The notes under the pieces: model-generated
Database searches by the model: none
The model's input: the letters and a program-made list of their open reading frames with translations, nothing else
What the model was told of the DNA's origin: nothing
Made by a program: the position numbers and the translations under genes
Assembly: GCA_964421635.1 (NCBI GenBank)
Contig: CAYQWZ010000006.1
Span: 165 to 64,164, forward strand
Source of the DNA: an uncultured Candidatus Saccharibacteria bacterium
Lineage (GTDB): Bacteria; Patescibacteriota; UBA1384; CAILIB01; JAUSJZ01
Reading direction: 5' to 3'
DNA: 64,000 nucleotides
Shown: positions 26,883 through 39,102 of the stretch, in pieces
Position numbering within the stretch: position 1 is the stretch's first letter
How the letters are laid out: every line of letters begins with the position of its first letter

Positions 26883-28051
26883 ATAAAAAAAATATTATAG
26901 TATTGCTGCTGTTGGCTACGCTCGCTTTTATGCCCAATTTTGCAATGGCTGCTTCGATTTATAATAGTAAATCTATTAGTGAGTTGCGGGCTGAAAAAGA
27001 ACGTTTAGAAAAAATTGCCGAACAAAAAAGGGCCGAGGCTGGTGTGCAGGCGGATATCGCTGACGATGCTGAAGCGGAAATTAAAAAGCTAGATAAAAGT
27101 ATTGCTTCTACGCAGGCGCAAATTGCGGCTACTTCTTCATCTATTGAGTTAACTGAAAATGAGTTAGTTGAGCTTGGTAATCAAATTGGGCAGAAAGAAG
27201 AAGAGATTACAACTAAACAAAATGGTATTAAAGCCACTATTCGCAAATACTTTAAGATGCAGCTGATTCGAGAGAATGTGGGTAATATCGATGTCATTTT
27301 TGGTGAAGGTGGAATCTCTAAAAAAATAAGAGAGAAGAAAAGTTACTCGGCTGTAAAGACAGAGCTTAATCGAAAAAAGGAGGAGCTGCTTTCTATTAAA
27401 CAAGAATTAGAGACTAATAAGAGTGATGCTGAAGATAAAAAAGTGGCGCTGGAGAGCTACAAGGTGCAAAAAGAAATTCAACACAATGATTTGGAGGTTC
27501 AGGAGAGCAGACAAAAGGCGTTAAAGTCTAGCGCCGAAATTGCCTACGCAGAATTAAAAACAGAAGAGAAGAAGGCAATTTCGGAAGAAGCAGAAATAGA
27601 AGCTATTATTACGCAAAAAATTCAGCAGGCTCTACGAAATCGCATGGCTGGTTCTGGCCGCACCGCTTTTGGGGCGGGCACACCTGTTTCTCAGGGAGAT
27701 ATTATTGGTCACCTTGGAAGTACTGGTTTTTCGACCGGTCCGCATGTTCATTTCAGCGTCTTCACGCCTGAGGGGGCGACTGTTAATCCACGGACACGGC
27801 TGGGCAGTATCTACATCTGGCCGGTGGTAGACTACTATGTTTCCCAAGAGTATGGCCCAGCCGGATGGCGAAATCCTGTTTACACATTTCATAACGGAAT
27901 TGATTTAGCGGGCCCTGCCGGACAACCGGTTTACGCGGCGAGCGATGGCGAAATAATTTTAGACGAATACTACGGCGGATACGGTTACGCAGTAGTTATT
28001 GAACACGACGATGGATGGGTAACCTTGTATGGCCATATGATTGGCAGCTAG
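26879..28051 (+). CDS. M23-family peptidase with long coiled-coil (EnvC-like FtsEX-associated murein hydrolase/activator)
   Basis: Signal/TM N-terminus, ~250-aa coiled-coil, C-terminal GHLGSTGFSTGPHVHFSV M23 motif. Confidence 0.75.
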   Translation: MNKKNIIVLLLLATLAFMPNFAMAASIYNSKSISELRAEKERLEKIAEQKRAEAGVQADIADDAEAEIKKLDKSIASTQAQIAATSSSIELTENELVELGNQIGQKEEEITTKQNGIKATIRKYFKMQLIRENVGNIDVIFGEGGISKKIREKKSYSAVKTELNRKKEELLSIKQELETNKSDAEDKKVALESYKVQKEIQHNDLEVQESRQKALKSSAEIAYAELKTEEKKAISEEAEIEAIITQKIQQALRNRMAGSGRTAFGAGTPVSQGDIIGHLGSTGFSTGPHVHFSVFTPEGATVNPRTRLGSIYIWPVVDYYVSQEYGPAGWRNPVYTFHNGIDLAGPAGQPVYAASDGEIILDEYYGGYGYAVVIEHDDGWVTLYGHMIGS

Positions 28052-29333
28052 AATAGGTTGTATGAAGTTAAAACGAAGGGCTAAAAAAATAATTCCTCTA
28101 AACAGCGGTTTTGTGTTGGGACTATTTGTTTTGCTTTTAGTCTTTTTCAGTGGTTTCGTTACGGCCAGAGTTACAGACGAGTCAGTCAGTGGAGAGCCAA
28201 TCAGTTCCAAGTTGCAGTTTGTCACTGGGCAAGACAGTGGCCGACCACAAGAAGTGAGCTTCGCAAAATTCTGGGAAGCTTGGCAGATAGTTGACAATAA
28301 TTTTTTTGGCGATGCTAATAAAGTTAACCGAGTAGATGGGGCAATTTCAGGAATGCTATTCAGTTTGGGAGATCCTTACACAGTCTATTTACCAAAAGAC
28401 GAAAACGATATTTTTCGAGCTGACTTAACTGGCCAAATTACGGGTATTGGTGCAGAGATAGGTCAAATAAACGGATTGCCTACTATTGTTACTCCGCTTC
28501 CGGGTTCTCCTGCAGAGAAAGCTGGAGCTAAACCAAAAGATATTATTATTAAAGTAGACGAACTAGAGACTCAAACATCGAACTTTGCAGAAGTTATTAA
28601 CAGCATTCGTGGTACTGTTGGCACTACTGTTGCTTTAACAATTATTCGCGAAGGAGAACCGGCTGAAATTGTGTTAAAGATTACTCGCGAAGTAATTAAA
28701 ATTCCTAGCCTTACTTATGAGATAAAAGAGCAAGATGGAGTGCGTTACGGCTTAATTACACTTAGCCAATTTTTAGAAGATACATATAAAGGTGCTAAAG
28801 CAGCCTTGGAAGATTTTCAAAGCAAGGGAGTAGACAAGATAATTGTTGATGTTAGAAATAATCCAGGAGGATTATTAGATGTCTCAATTGATGTGGCCAG
28901 TATTTTTATCGATACGGCAGTCAAACCAGAGTTTAATGAGGCGATAGTAAAACAAAAAGACAGAAATGATAAAGTGCTTTCGTATAAGGCTTCTAAAAAA
29001 TCAATCCTTAATGATGAAAAGGTTATAGTTTTGGTGAATGAAGGTAGTGCTTCAGCAGCAGAGATATTTGCTGGTGCAATATCAGATTATGGTCGAGGAA
29101 GGCTGGTTGGTACTACAACTTTTGGTAAGGGTAGTGTACAGGAGCTAAAAAATCTAGCCGATGGTTCAAGCGTCAAAGTGACAACTGCTAAATGGTTTAC
29201 GCCAAATGACTCTACAATTGACCAAGTAGGTATTAAGCCAGATGTGATAATTGAAGAGCAAGAAGATAATGACTCTGGTGAAGAAAAATCAGACAATGTA
29301 TTAGATGCCGCCATTGAGCTACTTAAAGATTAA
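28041..29333 (+). CDS. ctpA: Carboxyl-terminal processing protease (S41) with PDZ domain
   Basis: PDZ segment, NPGGLLD and S41 catalytic region (TFGKGSVQ). Confidence 0.8.
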   Translation: MAARIGCMKLKRRAKKIIPLNSGFVLGLFVLLLVFFSGFVTARVTDESVSGEPISSKLQFVTGQDSGRPQEVSFAKFWEAWQIVDNNFFGDANKVNRVDGAISGMLFSLGDPYTVYLPKDENDIFRADLTGQITGIGAEIGQINGLPTIVTPLPGSPAEKAGAKPKDIIIKVDELETQTSNFAEVINSIRGTVGTTVALTIIREGEPAEIVLKITREVIKIPSLTYEIKEQDGVRYGLITLSQFLEDTYKGAKAALEDFQSKGVDKIIVDVRNNPGGLLDVSIDVASIFIDTAVKPEFNEAIVKQKDRNDKVLSYKASKKSILNDEKVIVLVNEGSASAAEIFAGAISDYGRGRLVGTTTFGKGSVQELKNLADGSSVKVTTAKWFTPNDSTIDQVGIKPDVIIEEQEDNDSGEEKSDNVLDAAIELLKD

Positions 29334-29379
29334 CCTTTCCCTTGCTACAATTAAATAAATAACACCCCGTTTTTTAGTT

Positions 29380-29646
29380 ATGGCTCAAACTCCGCCAAAC
29401 AATCAAAATCAATCAAACACTAGTAATAATACGGGTAATAATCCGAATAGTAATTCGGGCGGATTTATTAATCCGCTAGCTCAGCCTGCACGACAGAAAT
29501 CCTCAACCCCAACCCCAACCCCAACCCCAACCCCAACCCCAACCAGTACCGCCCCCACCTCCGCCCCCACCACCTGTTGCACCGCCTCCTGCAAAACCGG
29601 TTTCGCTGCCACCTATCAAGCCTCCTCCGCCACCTCTAGCCACTAA
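29380..29646 (+). CDS. Low-complexity N/S/T/P-rich ORF, probably the frameshifted N-terminal part of the downstream proline-rich protein
   Basis: Frame 1 overlaps frame 2, which is open from 29480 through 31303; contains the (CCCCAA)6 tract. Confidence 0.35.
   Translation: MAQTPPNNQNQSNTSNNTGNNPNSNSGGFINPLAQPARQKSSTPTPTPTPTPTPTSTAPTSAPTTCCTASCKTGFAATYQASSATSSH
29505..29544. repeat. Hexanucleotide simple sequence repeat (AACCCC)6 followed by C5 tracts
   Basis: aaccccaaccccaaccccaaccccaaccccaacccc read directly; encodes TPTPTP in one frame and PQPQPQ in the other. Confidence 0.8.
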
Positions 29647-29725
29647 TGTTGAGGCAAAGAGTAAGCCACTGCAAACAGGTCAAATTCTATCTCAAGATAG
29701 CGCTAGAGCTAGCGGAGTTTTCTCT

Positions 29726-31303
29726 TTGCCAACAGACGACGAAATTATGGCTGAAAAGAGAAGAGAGAAATTAATGAAAAAACCGTCTTTACCAGAGCCT
29801 GAGTCAAAACCGGCTCCATTACCAAAACCAGTCCCACCGCCAGCGCCAAGACCAACTTCGCTACCACCCCCACCACCTTTGTCACCAAGGCCAACCCCAC
29901 CTCCGCCCCCTCCGCCGTCACCAATGCAAAATCTACAACCAGCACCGAGGCCGGTACCAAAACCAGCACCAGTTTTGACGCAACCAAATAGACCTCAGCC
30001 TCCGCTACCGCCAAAAGGTGATATTCCTTTAGTAGAAACCGAACCGCGACCACCTTGGTTTATTCCAGTAATTAGCGTCAGCGCTTTGGTAGTGGTTGGA
30101 ATAATTTTGCTATTTTTACAATCTAGCGGAGTAATTTACGCTAAATTCTTGGCTAGCATGGTAGGTGGAATTCCGCGAAATCCAGAAGCTGCCCTCAATG
30201 TAGTCCGCGACGCCACACTAAACGGCGGTACATACGAATACACAGCTATTGCTACTATTGGGTTTGAGAATAAAATTCCAGATATTGAAGCAGATGAATT
30301 ACCAACTAGTCCGTCAGAGGCTTCAATCAATTTCTCTGGTCAGGCAGATATTGACAAGGTTTATGCTGAGTTCGAAACTAATATCAACTCCCAGTACATT
30401 CCAACCCTCTCTTATTTAGAAGGAGTTTATGCTAAAGACGGCCAAAACATTACAACCTTCTTAGATTTATTTTTATCTGTTAATAATAGTTGGCGGAAGA
30501 TGTCGCAAACAGAATTTAAAAGTTATGTCGTAGCTGCTCCTTTCGTTGGTTTGCAATCCATTAATTTAATTGAAAGTGCAACTGGTTCGGCTGGTGAATT
30601 AATTGGGCAAAGCGAACTACCAGAGAAAGGGGTGAAGACGGTTGTTTATAAATATCCTTTAGAAAATTTTATAGAGCCTACCGACGCCAGTATTAAAGAT
30701 TCGCAGCTGGCTTTTTGGGTAAATAAGAGAAGCGGATTAATTGAGGTTTACCAGCTAGACACTTTAATCGAAACAGATGTTGGAACAATTTTATTAAGTT
30801 TGCAGGTGACTCCAGAGAAATATGGAGAGGTAGAAGTTGAGACAGCTTCTGGGTCATCTGGAGCAGTCAGTGGTACCCTGTCTGATTATTATTCAGATTT
30901 TGGTTATGGATTACCAGTTGATCCAACAGAACCAGAGCCAATAGGTCCAACAGAACCTGAACCAATTGAACCTACACTGCCAACAGATTCCGCTGCAACT
31001 CGCGATAAGCAACGAACGACAGATTTAAATAAAATAAAAACCGTACTTGAGGAATACAAAGAATCAAAAGGTACCTATCCTATTTCGAAAGCTGTCGATA
31101 GAACGAATGCCAGCACCGTACTTAAGGGAGCAATTGTGCCAAGCTATCTTTCAAGTTTGCCAGTTGACCCTCTTGAAGATAAGTACTGGTACGGCTATAC
31201 TTCAGATGGATACTCCTTTACTCTAACTTCAATTTTAGAAGATACAGATTCGTCAGGATTACAAGGAGACAATGTTAAATATCAAGAAATTACAAATAAA
31301 TAA
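29726..31303 (+). CDS. Proline-rich membrane protein with C-terminal pseudopilin/type IV pilin-like domain
   Basis: TTG start per ORF track (first ATG 29747); cytoplasmic P-rich region; TM WFIPVISVSALVVVGIILLFL; C-terminal RDKQRTTDLNKIKTVLEEYKESKGTYP...LPVDP motif resembling the GspG/pilin globular domain. Confidence 0.55.
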   Translation: MPTDDEIMAEKRREKLMKKPSLPEPESKPAPLPKPVPPPAPRPTSLPPPPPLSPRPTPPPPPPPSPMQNLQPAPRPVPKPAPVLTQPNRPQPPLPPKGDIPLVETEPRPPWFIPVISVSALVVVGIILLFLQSSGVIYAKFLASMVGGIPRNPEAALNVVRDATLNGGTYEYTAIATIGFENKIPDIEADELPTSPSEASINFSGQADIDKVYAEFETNINSQYIPTLSYLEGVYAKDGQNITTFLDLFLSVNNSWRKMSQTEFKSYVVAAPFVGLQSINLIESATGSAGELIGQSELPEKGVKTVVYKYPLENFIEPTDASIKDSQLAFWVNKRSGLIEVYQLDTLIETDVGTILLSLQVTPEKYGEVEVETASGSSGAVSGTLSDYYSDFGYGLPVDPTEPEPIGPTEPEPIEPTLPTDSAATRDKQRTTDLNKIKTVLEEYKESKGTYPISKAVDRTNASTVLKGAIVPSYLSSLPVDPLEDKYWYGYTSDGYSFTLTSILEDTDSSGLQGDNVKYQEITNK

Positions 31304-31312
31304 TATATAAAT

Positions 31313-31867
31313 ATGCCAACAGCAATTATCATCATTTTAGTCGTACTGCTTGTTTGGGTAGTCGGTGCCTATAATGCACTAATCAAACTAAGAGTTCGTT
31401 CAGAAGAAGCATGGAGTGATATCGATGTCCAATTAAAACGCCGCTACGATTTAATTCCTAACTTAATCGAAACTGTTAAAGGATACGCCAAACACGAGAA
31501 AAAAGTTTTCATAGATGTTACGAAGGCTCGAACAGCTGCCATGGGTGCTAAGAGCACTAAGTCACAGCAAGAAGCTGAGAATATGCTTACATCTGCATTG
31601 AAATCTGTTTTTGCTGTCGCTGAGAACTATCCTAAATTAGAAGCTTCTGCCAACTTCTCCAAATTACAAGAAGAGCTTTCAGACACAGAGAATAAAATTG
31701 AAGCTAGTCGCCGTTTCTACAACGCCAATGTACGAGATTTGAATACCAGAATTGAAGTCTTTCCAAGCAATATCATTGCCAGTATGTTCAAGTTTGTGAA
31801 GAAAGAACTGTTCGAAATTGAAGAGGTAACTCAAAGAGAAGCACCAAAAGTAAAATTTGACGAGTGA
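31313..31867 (+). CDS. lemA: LemA-family membrane protein
   Basis: N-terminal TM then [35 protein letters not shown], typical of LemA. Confidence 0.8.
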   Translation: MPTAIIIILVVLLVWVVGAYNALIKLRVRSEEAWSDIDVQLKRRYDLIPNLIETVKGYAKHEKKVFIDVTKARTAAMGAKSTKSQQEAENMLTSALKSVFAVAENYPKLEASANFSKLQEELSDTENKIEASRRFYNANVRDLNTRIEVFPSNIIASMFKFVKKELFEIEEVTQREAPKVKFDE

Positions 31868-32229
31868 AAACTATATTAGTCGTTGAAGACGAAAAAACGC
31901 TGAGCGATATTATTTCGGAGAAGCTGCGAGAAGAAGGATATGCAGCCGAGAATGCTTACGACGGAGAAGAGGCAGTAGCTTTTTTTAAGAATAAAAAGAA
32001 AGCAGATTTAATTTTGCTCGATATTTTACTACCTAAAAAAGACGGATTCACAGTATTACAAGAGATTAATGATATGGGTGTGAGAGTACCGGTTATTGTT
32101 TTTTCTAATTTCTTACACGATGAAGAAGAAGATAAGGCTCGCGAGCTGGGAGCCAAAGATTTCTTAGTTAAAGCTGCTTTTTCAACTGCCGAAGTGATCA
32201 CCAAAATCAAAGAAGTTTTAGGTGATTAA
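31864..32229 (+). CDS. Stand-alone response-regulator receiver domain (CheY-like)
   Basis: [16 protein letters not shown] (phospho-acceptor Asp), K near C-terminus; no output domain. Confidence 0.75.
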   Translation: MKTILVVEDEKTLSDIISEKLREEGYAAENAYDGEEAVAFFKNKKKADLILLDILLPKKDGFTVLQEINDMGVRVPVIVFSNFLHDEEEDKARELGAKDFLVKAAFSTAEVITKIKEVLGD

Positions 32230-33137
32230 TGACTCTCTACAATAATATTGGTCGTAATAAAGTTAACTCCTTCATACTGCTGATGGTTTTTTTGGTAGTA
32301 GTAATTTCTGTTGGTTTCGCAGTTGGCCAGCTTTATGACATTTATTGGCTTTTACCTTTTGTTGTTGTGGTGTCTGCGATTCAAGCTTATGCCTCGTACT
32401 ATTATTCAGATAAAATTGCTTTGGCCGTTTCACGGGCTTATCCTTTAAAAAAGTCGGAAAATAAAACGGTGCATAATTTAGTGGAAAATATCGCTATAGC
32501 GGCCGGTCTTCCGAAACCCAAAATCTATATGATAAAAGACTCTGCTCCTAACGCTTTCGCGACCGGCCGCGACCCTGAACATGCGGCGCTAGCTGTTACC
32601 ACAGGTTTAATAGAGAAGCTTAACCGTTCTGAATTGGAAGGAGTGTTAGCGCATGAAATGGCGCATATTGGTAACTATGATATTAGATTTATGAGTATGG
32701 TGGTGGTGTTAGTAGGAATTATCACAATGATTTCAGATTTTGCTATTCGAATGTCATTTTACCGATCTGGTTCGCGTCGTTCAGACAACGGTCAAGTCGG
32801 GGCTATAATTATGATTATCGGTGTAATTCTTATTGTATTGTCACCAATAATTGCTACGCTTTTGCAGTTGGCAGTTTCTCGCAAGCGCGAATTTCTAGCT
32901 GATTCTACGGGTGCCCTAATTACTCGCTATCCGCAAGGATTAGCCTCAGCTTTGAAAAAAATCTCCGACGATTCGGAACCGCTCGAAGTGGCCAACAAAG
33001 CAACGGCTCATTTGTATATCTCCAATCCTATTAAAGAAAAAGGTAAAAAGATGTCTTTTTTGGCTAGAATGTTCTCTACACATCCGCCGGTAGAAGATCG
33101 TATTGCGGCTTTGTTAAAAGGCGCCGGCGAACATTAA
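32229..33137 (+). CDS. htpX: HtpX-like M48 zinc metalloprotease
   Basis: HEMAHIGNYD (HExxH), multi-TM; lemA-htpX pairing. Confidence 0.85.
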   Translation: MTLYNNIGRNKVNSFILLMVFLVVVISVGFAVGQLYDIYWLLPFVVVVSAIQAYASYYYSDKIALAVSRAYPLKKSENKTVHNLVENIAIAAGLPKPKIYMIKDSAPNAFATGRDPEHAALAVTTGLIEKLNRSELEGVLAHEMAHIGNYDIRFMSMVVVLVGIITMISDFAIRMSFYRSGSRRSDNGQVGAIIMIIGVILIVLSPIIATLLQLAVSRKREFLADSTGALITRYPQGLASALKKISDDSEPLEVANKATAHLYISNPIKEKGKKMSFLARMFSTHPPVEDRIAALLKGAGEH

Positions 33138-33208
33138 GGTATTTGACAGTCTTAATATAAAAGCAAAAACCCGGCACAAAACTACATAAATAGTATAGAA
33201 GTACCGGG

Positions 33209-33628
33209 CTAGAGATTATCCAAGTCGTCAATCTCAACTAGAAAGTCTACCAACATCATATCGGTCTCACAGTCAACTTTTCTTATTCGATGGTTCCCAA
33301 CCATATCACGAATCTCGTCATACATGTATCCTTCTCTTGGGTCAATCTGCATAATACGAATGATTTCTACCTCTGGATTATCTGGATCAGGAACCCGTAC
33401 GACATTTTCCGGATCAATCGAAACCATCTTAGAGAGATCATCTAGGTCGTGATCTTGCCAAAGAAAAATAGAAGCTAGCATTCTAGCTAGTTTTGGATTA
33501 TTGTGGGGATTTAATTCCCAAGCCTTTTCTTGTCCGATTCTATCAATGCCTATTAATTCAGCTTGTTCTGGGCAAGGTTCTGGCCTCTCTGTTTTTGGTT
33601 CACTAGCTGGTTCGATTTCGGTTTGCAT
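33209..33628 (-). CDS. Hypothetical acidic protein
   Basis: 139-aa ORF, D/E-rich; hairpin between it and htpX. Confidence 0.4.
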   Translation of the reverse strand: MQTEIEPASEPKTERPEPCPEQAELIGIDRIGQEKAWELNPHNNPKLARMLASIFLWQDHDLDDLSKMVSIDPENVVRVPDPDNPEVEIIRIMQIDPREGYMYDEIRDMVGNHRIRKVDCETDMMLVDFLVEIDDLDNL

Positions 33629-33671
33629 GGTTGATCCTTTCTTTTTTGGGCGCTGACTAACGCCTTATTAA

Positions 33672-35756
<2,085 letters not shown>

Positions 35757-35757
35757 G

Positions 35758-37296
35758 ATGAAGAATAAAGTTATACTGCTTATTTTAGATGGTTTTGGAT
35801 TGAATCCAGAATCTTTTGGTAATGCAATATTAGAGGCTAAAACTCCTTATTTTGATGAGCTTTTAAAGAATTATCCGGCGGTCAGCTTAGAGGCGTCTGG
35901 TCAAGCCGTTGGGTTACTAGCTGAATCTCCGGGAAATTCACAGGCGGGGCACCTAGCGTTAGGTACTGGTCAGGCGCTACCTTCTGTTATTACACAAGCA
36001 GAGCGAGATATTAATAACGGATCCTTCTTTGATAATGAAAAATTAAAAGAAGCTTTTGCGGTTGCCAAAAAACGCTCTAGCAAAGTTCACCTAGTAGGAA
36101 TTTTAAGTGATGTTCCCGTCCACGCTTCAGAAGAAGTGTTATTTGCACTAATAGAGATGGCTGGTCGCGAGCGAGCGCAAACAAAACTGTATTTGCATTT
36201 GTTTCTAGATGGCCGTGATACTTCTGAGCGTAGTGGTCAAAAATTAATTGAGCGTCTTTATTTGCAAATTAGAAATAAAGGATTCGGCTCAATTGCTACA
36301 ATTATTGGTCGTTACTTCGCTATGGATCGTGACGGCCACTGGGATAGAGTCGAAAAGGCTTGGCAGTTAATTACTCAAAACAAAGGGCAAAGTGTGAAGT
36401 CGCCCTTAGAAGGAATCGTGGACTCTTATGGCCGCGGGCTGACAGACGAGAACTTAGAGCCTTTAGTCGCAGACCCCAATGGTAAAATTGAAAAAGGCGA
36501 TGTAGTAATTTTATTTAATTCACGAGCTGACCGAATGCGACAGCTAACTCAAAAATTTGCTAGTAGTAAAATTGAAGATTTATTTATAGTAGCTTTTACG
36601 CAGTATTATAATCCTTTTCCTTTTGGTGTTATCTACCAGCAAACGCGAATTGAGCCAAACTTAGTATCCTACCTAAATGAACAGGGTAAAAAAGTCTGTA
36701 AAATTTCAGAGACGGAGCGGTACGCCCATATGACATACTTTTTTAACGGCGGGGTGGAAGAGCCATATAAGAATGAAGATCGCTCGTTTGAGCCGGCTGT
36801 ACGACAGGTTGATGTGGCTCGGCATCCACTGATGGCCATAAAACCTTTGACTAAAAGGGTTATCCGCATTATTAATATGCACAAGTATGATTTAATCATA
36901 GTCAATATTCCCAACGCAGATTCACTCGGACACACAGGCAATTTAGAAGCGGCGGTCAAAGCGGTTGAAGCGATAGATAAAAGTTTAGCCCAAATAATTA
37001 GGGCTGCTAGCAGTGAATACAGTGTGTTAATTACTGCCGATCACGGTAACTGTGAATATATGAAAGATAAAAAAAACCAAGATGTGCGCAAGGAGGATAC
37101 TTCAAGTCCGGTGCCGTTTATTGTTGTTGATGAAGGTTTAAAAGGTAAGGGTGGCAACACTTATGAAGAGTTAGCCTCAATGCCGCCGACTGCTGTTTTA
37201 ACAGATGTTGCTCCGACGATTATTTCAATATTACAGGTGCCTCAAAATGCTCAGATGAACGGAGTTGATATAATCAAAGAAGCTATCATTACTTGA
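35758..37296 (+). CDS. gpmI: 2,3-bisphosphoglycerate-independent phosphoglycerate mutase
   Basis: ILDGFGLNPE N-terminus and ITADHGN; 512 aa. Confidence 0.9.
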   Translation: MKNKVILLILDGFGLNPESFGNAILEAKTPYFDELLKNYPAVSLEASGQAVGLLAESPGNSQAGHLALGTGQALPSVITQAERDINNGSFFDNEKLKEAFAVAKKRSSKVHLVGILSDVPVHASEEVLFALIEMAGRERAQTKLYLHLFLDGRDTSERSGQKLIERLYLQIRNKGFGSIATIIGRYFAMDRDGHWDRVEKAWQLITQNKGQSVKSPLEGIVDSYGRGLTDENLEPLVADPNGKIEKGDVVILFNSRADRMRQLTQKFASSKIEDLFIVAFTQYYNPFPFGVIYQQTRIEPNLVSYLNEQGKKVCKISETERYAHMTYFFNGGVEEPYKNEDRSFEPAVRQVDVARHPLMAIKPLTKRVIRIINMHKYDLIIVNIPNADSLGHTGNLEAAVKAVEAIDKSLAQIIRAASSEYSVLITADHGNCEYMKDKKNQDVRKEDTSSPVPFIVVDEGLKGKGGNTYEELASMPPTAVLTDVAPTIISILQVPQNAQMNGVDIIKEAIIT

Positions 37297-37330
37297 TGAA
37301 TAAGATTAGCTTTGTTAGACTGCTTTTGTT

Positions 37331-37627
37331 ATGAAAGACGGTTCTAAATTATCTAAAAAAGATGTTGAGCATGTAGCCGAACTGGCGCGGCTTGAATTGA
37401 GTGAGGCTGAAATTAGTCAGTTCACAACTGAGCTGAGTAGTGTTTTAGATATGGCCGATTCTCTCAATAATGTTGATACCTCAAAGCTAGAAGAGACAGC
37501 CCATGTGACAGGATTATCAAATGTCACTCGTAAAGATAAAAAAGAGAAACAGCTAACTAATAAAGAAGCGCTGGCTAATGCTCCAGTCAAGGACGGCCGA
37601 TTCTTTAGGGTACCAAAAGTGCTATGA
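37331..37627 (+). CDS. gatC: Asp/Glu-tRNA amidotransferase subunit C
   Basis: 98 aa, VEHVAELARLELSEAE motif; precedes gatA with 4-nt overlap. Confidence 0.85.
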   Translation: MKDGSKLSKKDVEHVAELARLELSEAEISQFTTELSSVLDMADSLNNVDTSKLEETAHVTGLSNVTRKDKKEKQLTNKEALANAPVKDGRFFRVPKVL

Positions 37628-39102
37628 GTACATTAGCTAAATTGACTGTTGTTGAAGCTTCAAACCTATTGCAAAAAGGCGAAGTTAAGGCGGTTGATTT
37701 GGTGAAAGATTGTTTAGTTAATATAAAAAAGAATAAAGATTTAAACGCTTTTATTACTGTAGCTGAGAAAGAGGCGCTAGCGGCAGCTAAAGCTTCAGAC
37801 AAGCGCCGAGCGGACAAAAAAGAATTATCAAATATCGATGGAATTCCTTATGCTATTAAAGATTCCTTTTGTACTAAAAATGTTTTGACCACGGCGGGCA
37901 GTAAAATTTTAGACGACTTTGTCCCGCCGTATGATGCAGAAGTAGTAGCCAAACTAAATAAGGCTGGTGCTATTATGCTTGGCAAGACAATTTTGGATCA
38001 GTTTGGTCACGGTAGTAGCACGGAGAACTGTCATTTTGGACCAGCTAAAAATCCTTATGATGTTCAGCGAGTTCCCGGTGGTTCGTCAGGTGGTTCAGCG
38101 GTAGCCGTGGCAGCCGATTTATGTATCTTCGCAATTGGTGAAGATACGGGTGGGTCAATCCGTCAACCGGCATCTTTTACCAATATAACTGGTCTAAAAG
38201 TGACTTACGGGCGAGTCTCGCGTTACGGCAGCATCGCTTACGCTTCTTCCCTTGATACAGTTGGGCCGATGACAAAAACGGTAGCCGACGCAGCCATTAT
38301 ATTGGAGCACATTGCAGGAGTTGATGCTAAAGATGCTACTTCGGGCAAAACTAAAGTTGATAAATATAGCCAAGAAATTTTAAAAGCAAATAAAGATATC
38401 ACTATAGGATTACCCAAAGAGATGTTTGCTAAGGGCGTAGAGCCAGAAGTGAAAGAAGTAGTTTTAGCGGCGGTAGAAAAGCTAAAAAAAGAAGGTTTCA
38501 ACTTCAAAGATATTTCAGTTCCGGTACTTGAGCATTCGCTAGCTTGCTATTATATAATTGCTTGGGCGGAAGCTAGCTCAAACTTAGCTCGCTACGATGG
38601 TATCCATTATGGACATTCCAGTTTGAAGCAGAATGAAAAAGCTCATACTTTGTATGAAGTTTATGCTAAATCTAGAGCAGCCGGATTTTCTACAGAAACA
38701 AAACGACGAATAATGCTTGGCACTTATGTTCTGTCGGCTGGCTACTTTGATGCCTACTATAAAAAAGCATTAAAAGTTCGTACTGCCATTGTCAACGGAT
38801 TCAATAAAGCATTTGAAAATGTAGATGTTATTTTAGCTCCAGTGTCGCCTATACTGCCATTTAAGTTTGGTGCCAAGTCAGATCCATTATCAATGTACTT
38901 GGCAGATATTTTAACAACTCCAATTAATCCGGCGGGAGTGCCTTCGTTAGCTTTGCCGGCGGGCTTTGTTAAGAAAGATAATATAGATTTACCAGTTGGC
39001 ATGCAGATAATTGGTTCGCAGTTTAGTGAATCTAAAATTATGAATTTAGGATATTTCTGGCAAAGTATAGATGAAACGCATAAAATAAAACCAAAATTAT
39101 GA
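37624..39102 (+). CDS. gatA: Asp/Glu-tRNA amidotransferase subunit A (amidase)
   Basis: Amidase signature GGSSGGSAVAVAA; Ser-cisSer-Lys region. Confidence 0.9.
   Translation: MSTLAKLTVVEASNLLQKGEVKAVDLVKDCLVNIKKNKDLNAFITVAEKEALAAAKASDKRRADKKELSNIDGIPYAIKDSFCTKNVLTTAGSKILDDFVPPYDAEVVAKLNKAGAIMLGKTILDQFGHGSSTENCHFGPAKNPYDVQRVPGGSSGGSAVAVAADLCIFAIGEDTGGSIRQPASFTNITGLKVTYGRVSRYGSIAYASSLDTVGPMTKTVADAAIILEHIAGVDAKDATSGKTKVDKYSQEILKANKDITIGLPKEMFAKGVEPEVKEVVLAAVEKLKKEGFNFKDISVPVLEHSLACYYIIAWAEASSNLARYDGIHYGHSSLKQNEKAHTLYEVYAKSRAAGFSTETKRRIMLGTYVLSAGYFDAYYKKALKVRTAIVNGFNKAFENVDVILAPVSPILPFKFGAKSDPLSMYLADILTTPINPAGVPSLALPAGFVKKDNIDLPVGMQIIGSQFSESKIMNLGYFWQSIDETHKIKPKL

Noticed and set aside
29505-29544. 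Regularly spaced short repeats considered as a possible CRISPR array
   Set aside because: It is a contiguous hexanucleotide microsatellite inside a coding region with no spacers. No CRISPR array or cas genes are present anywhere in the window.
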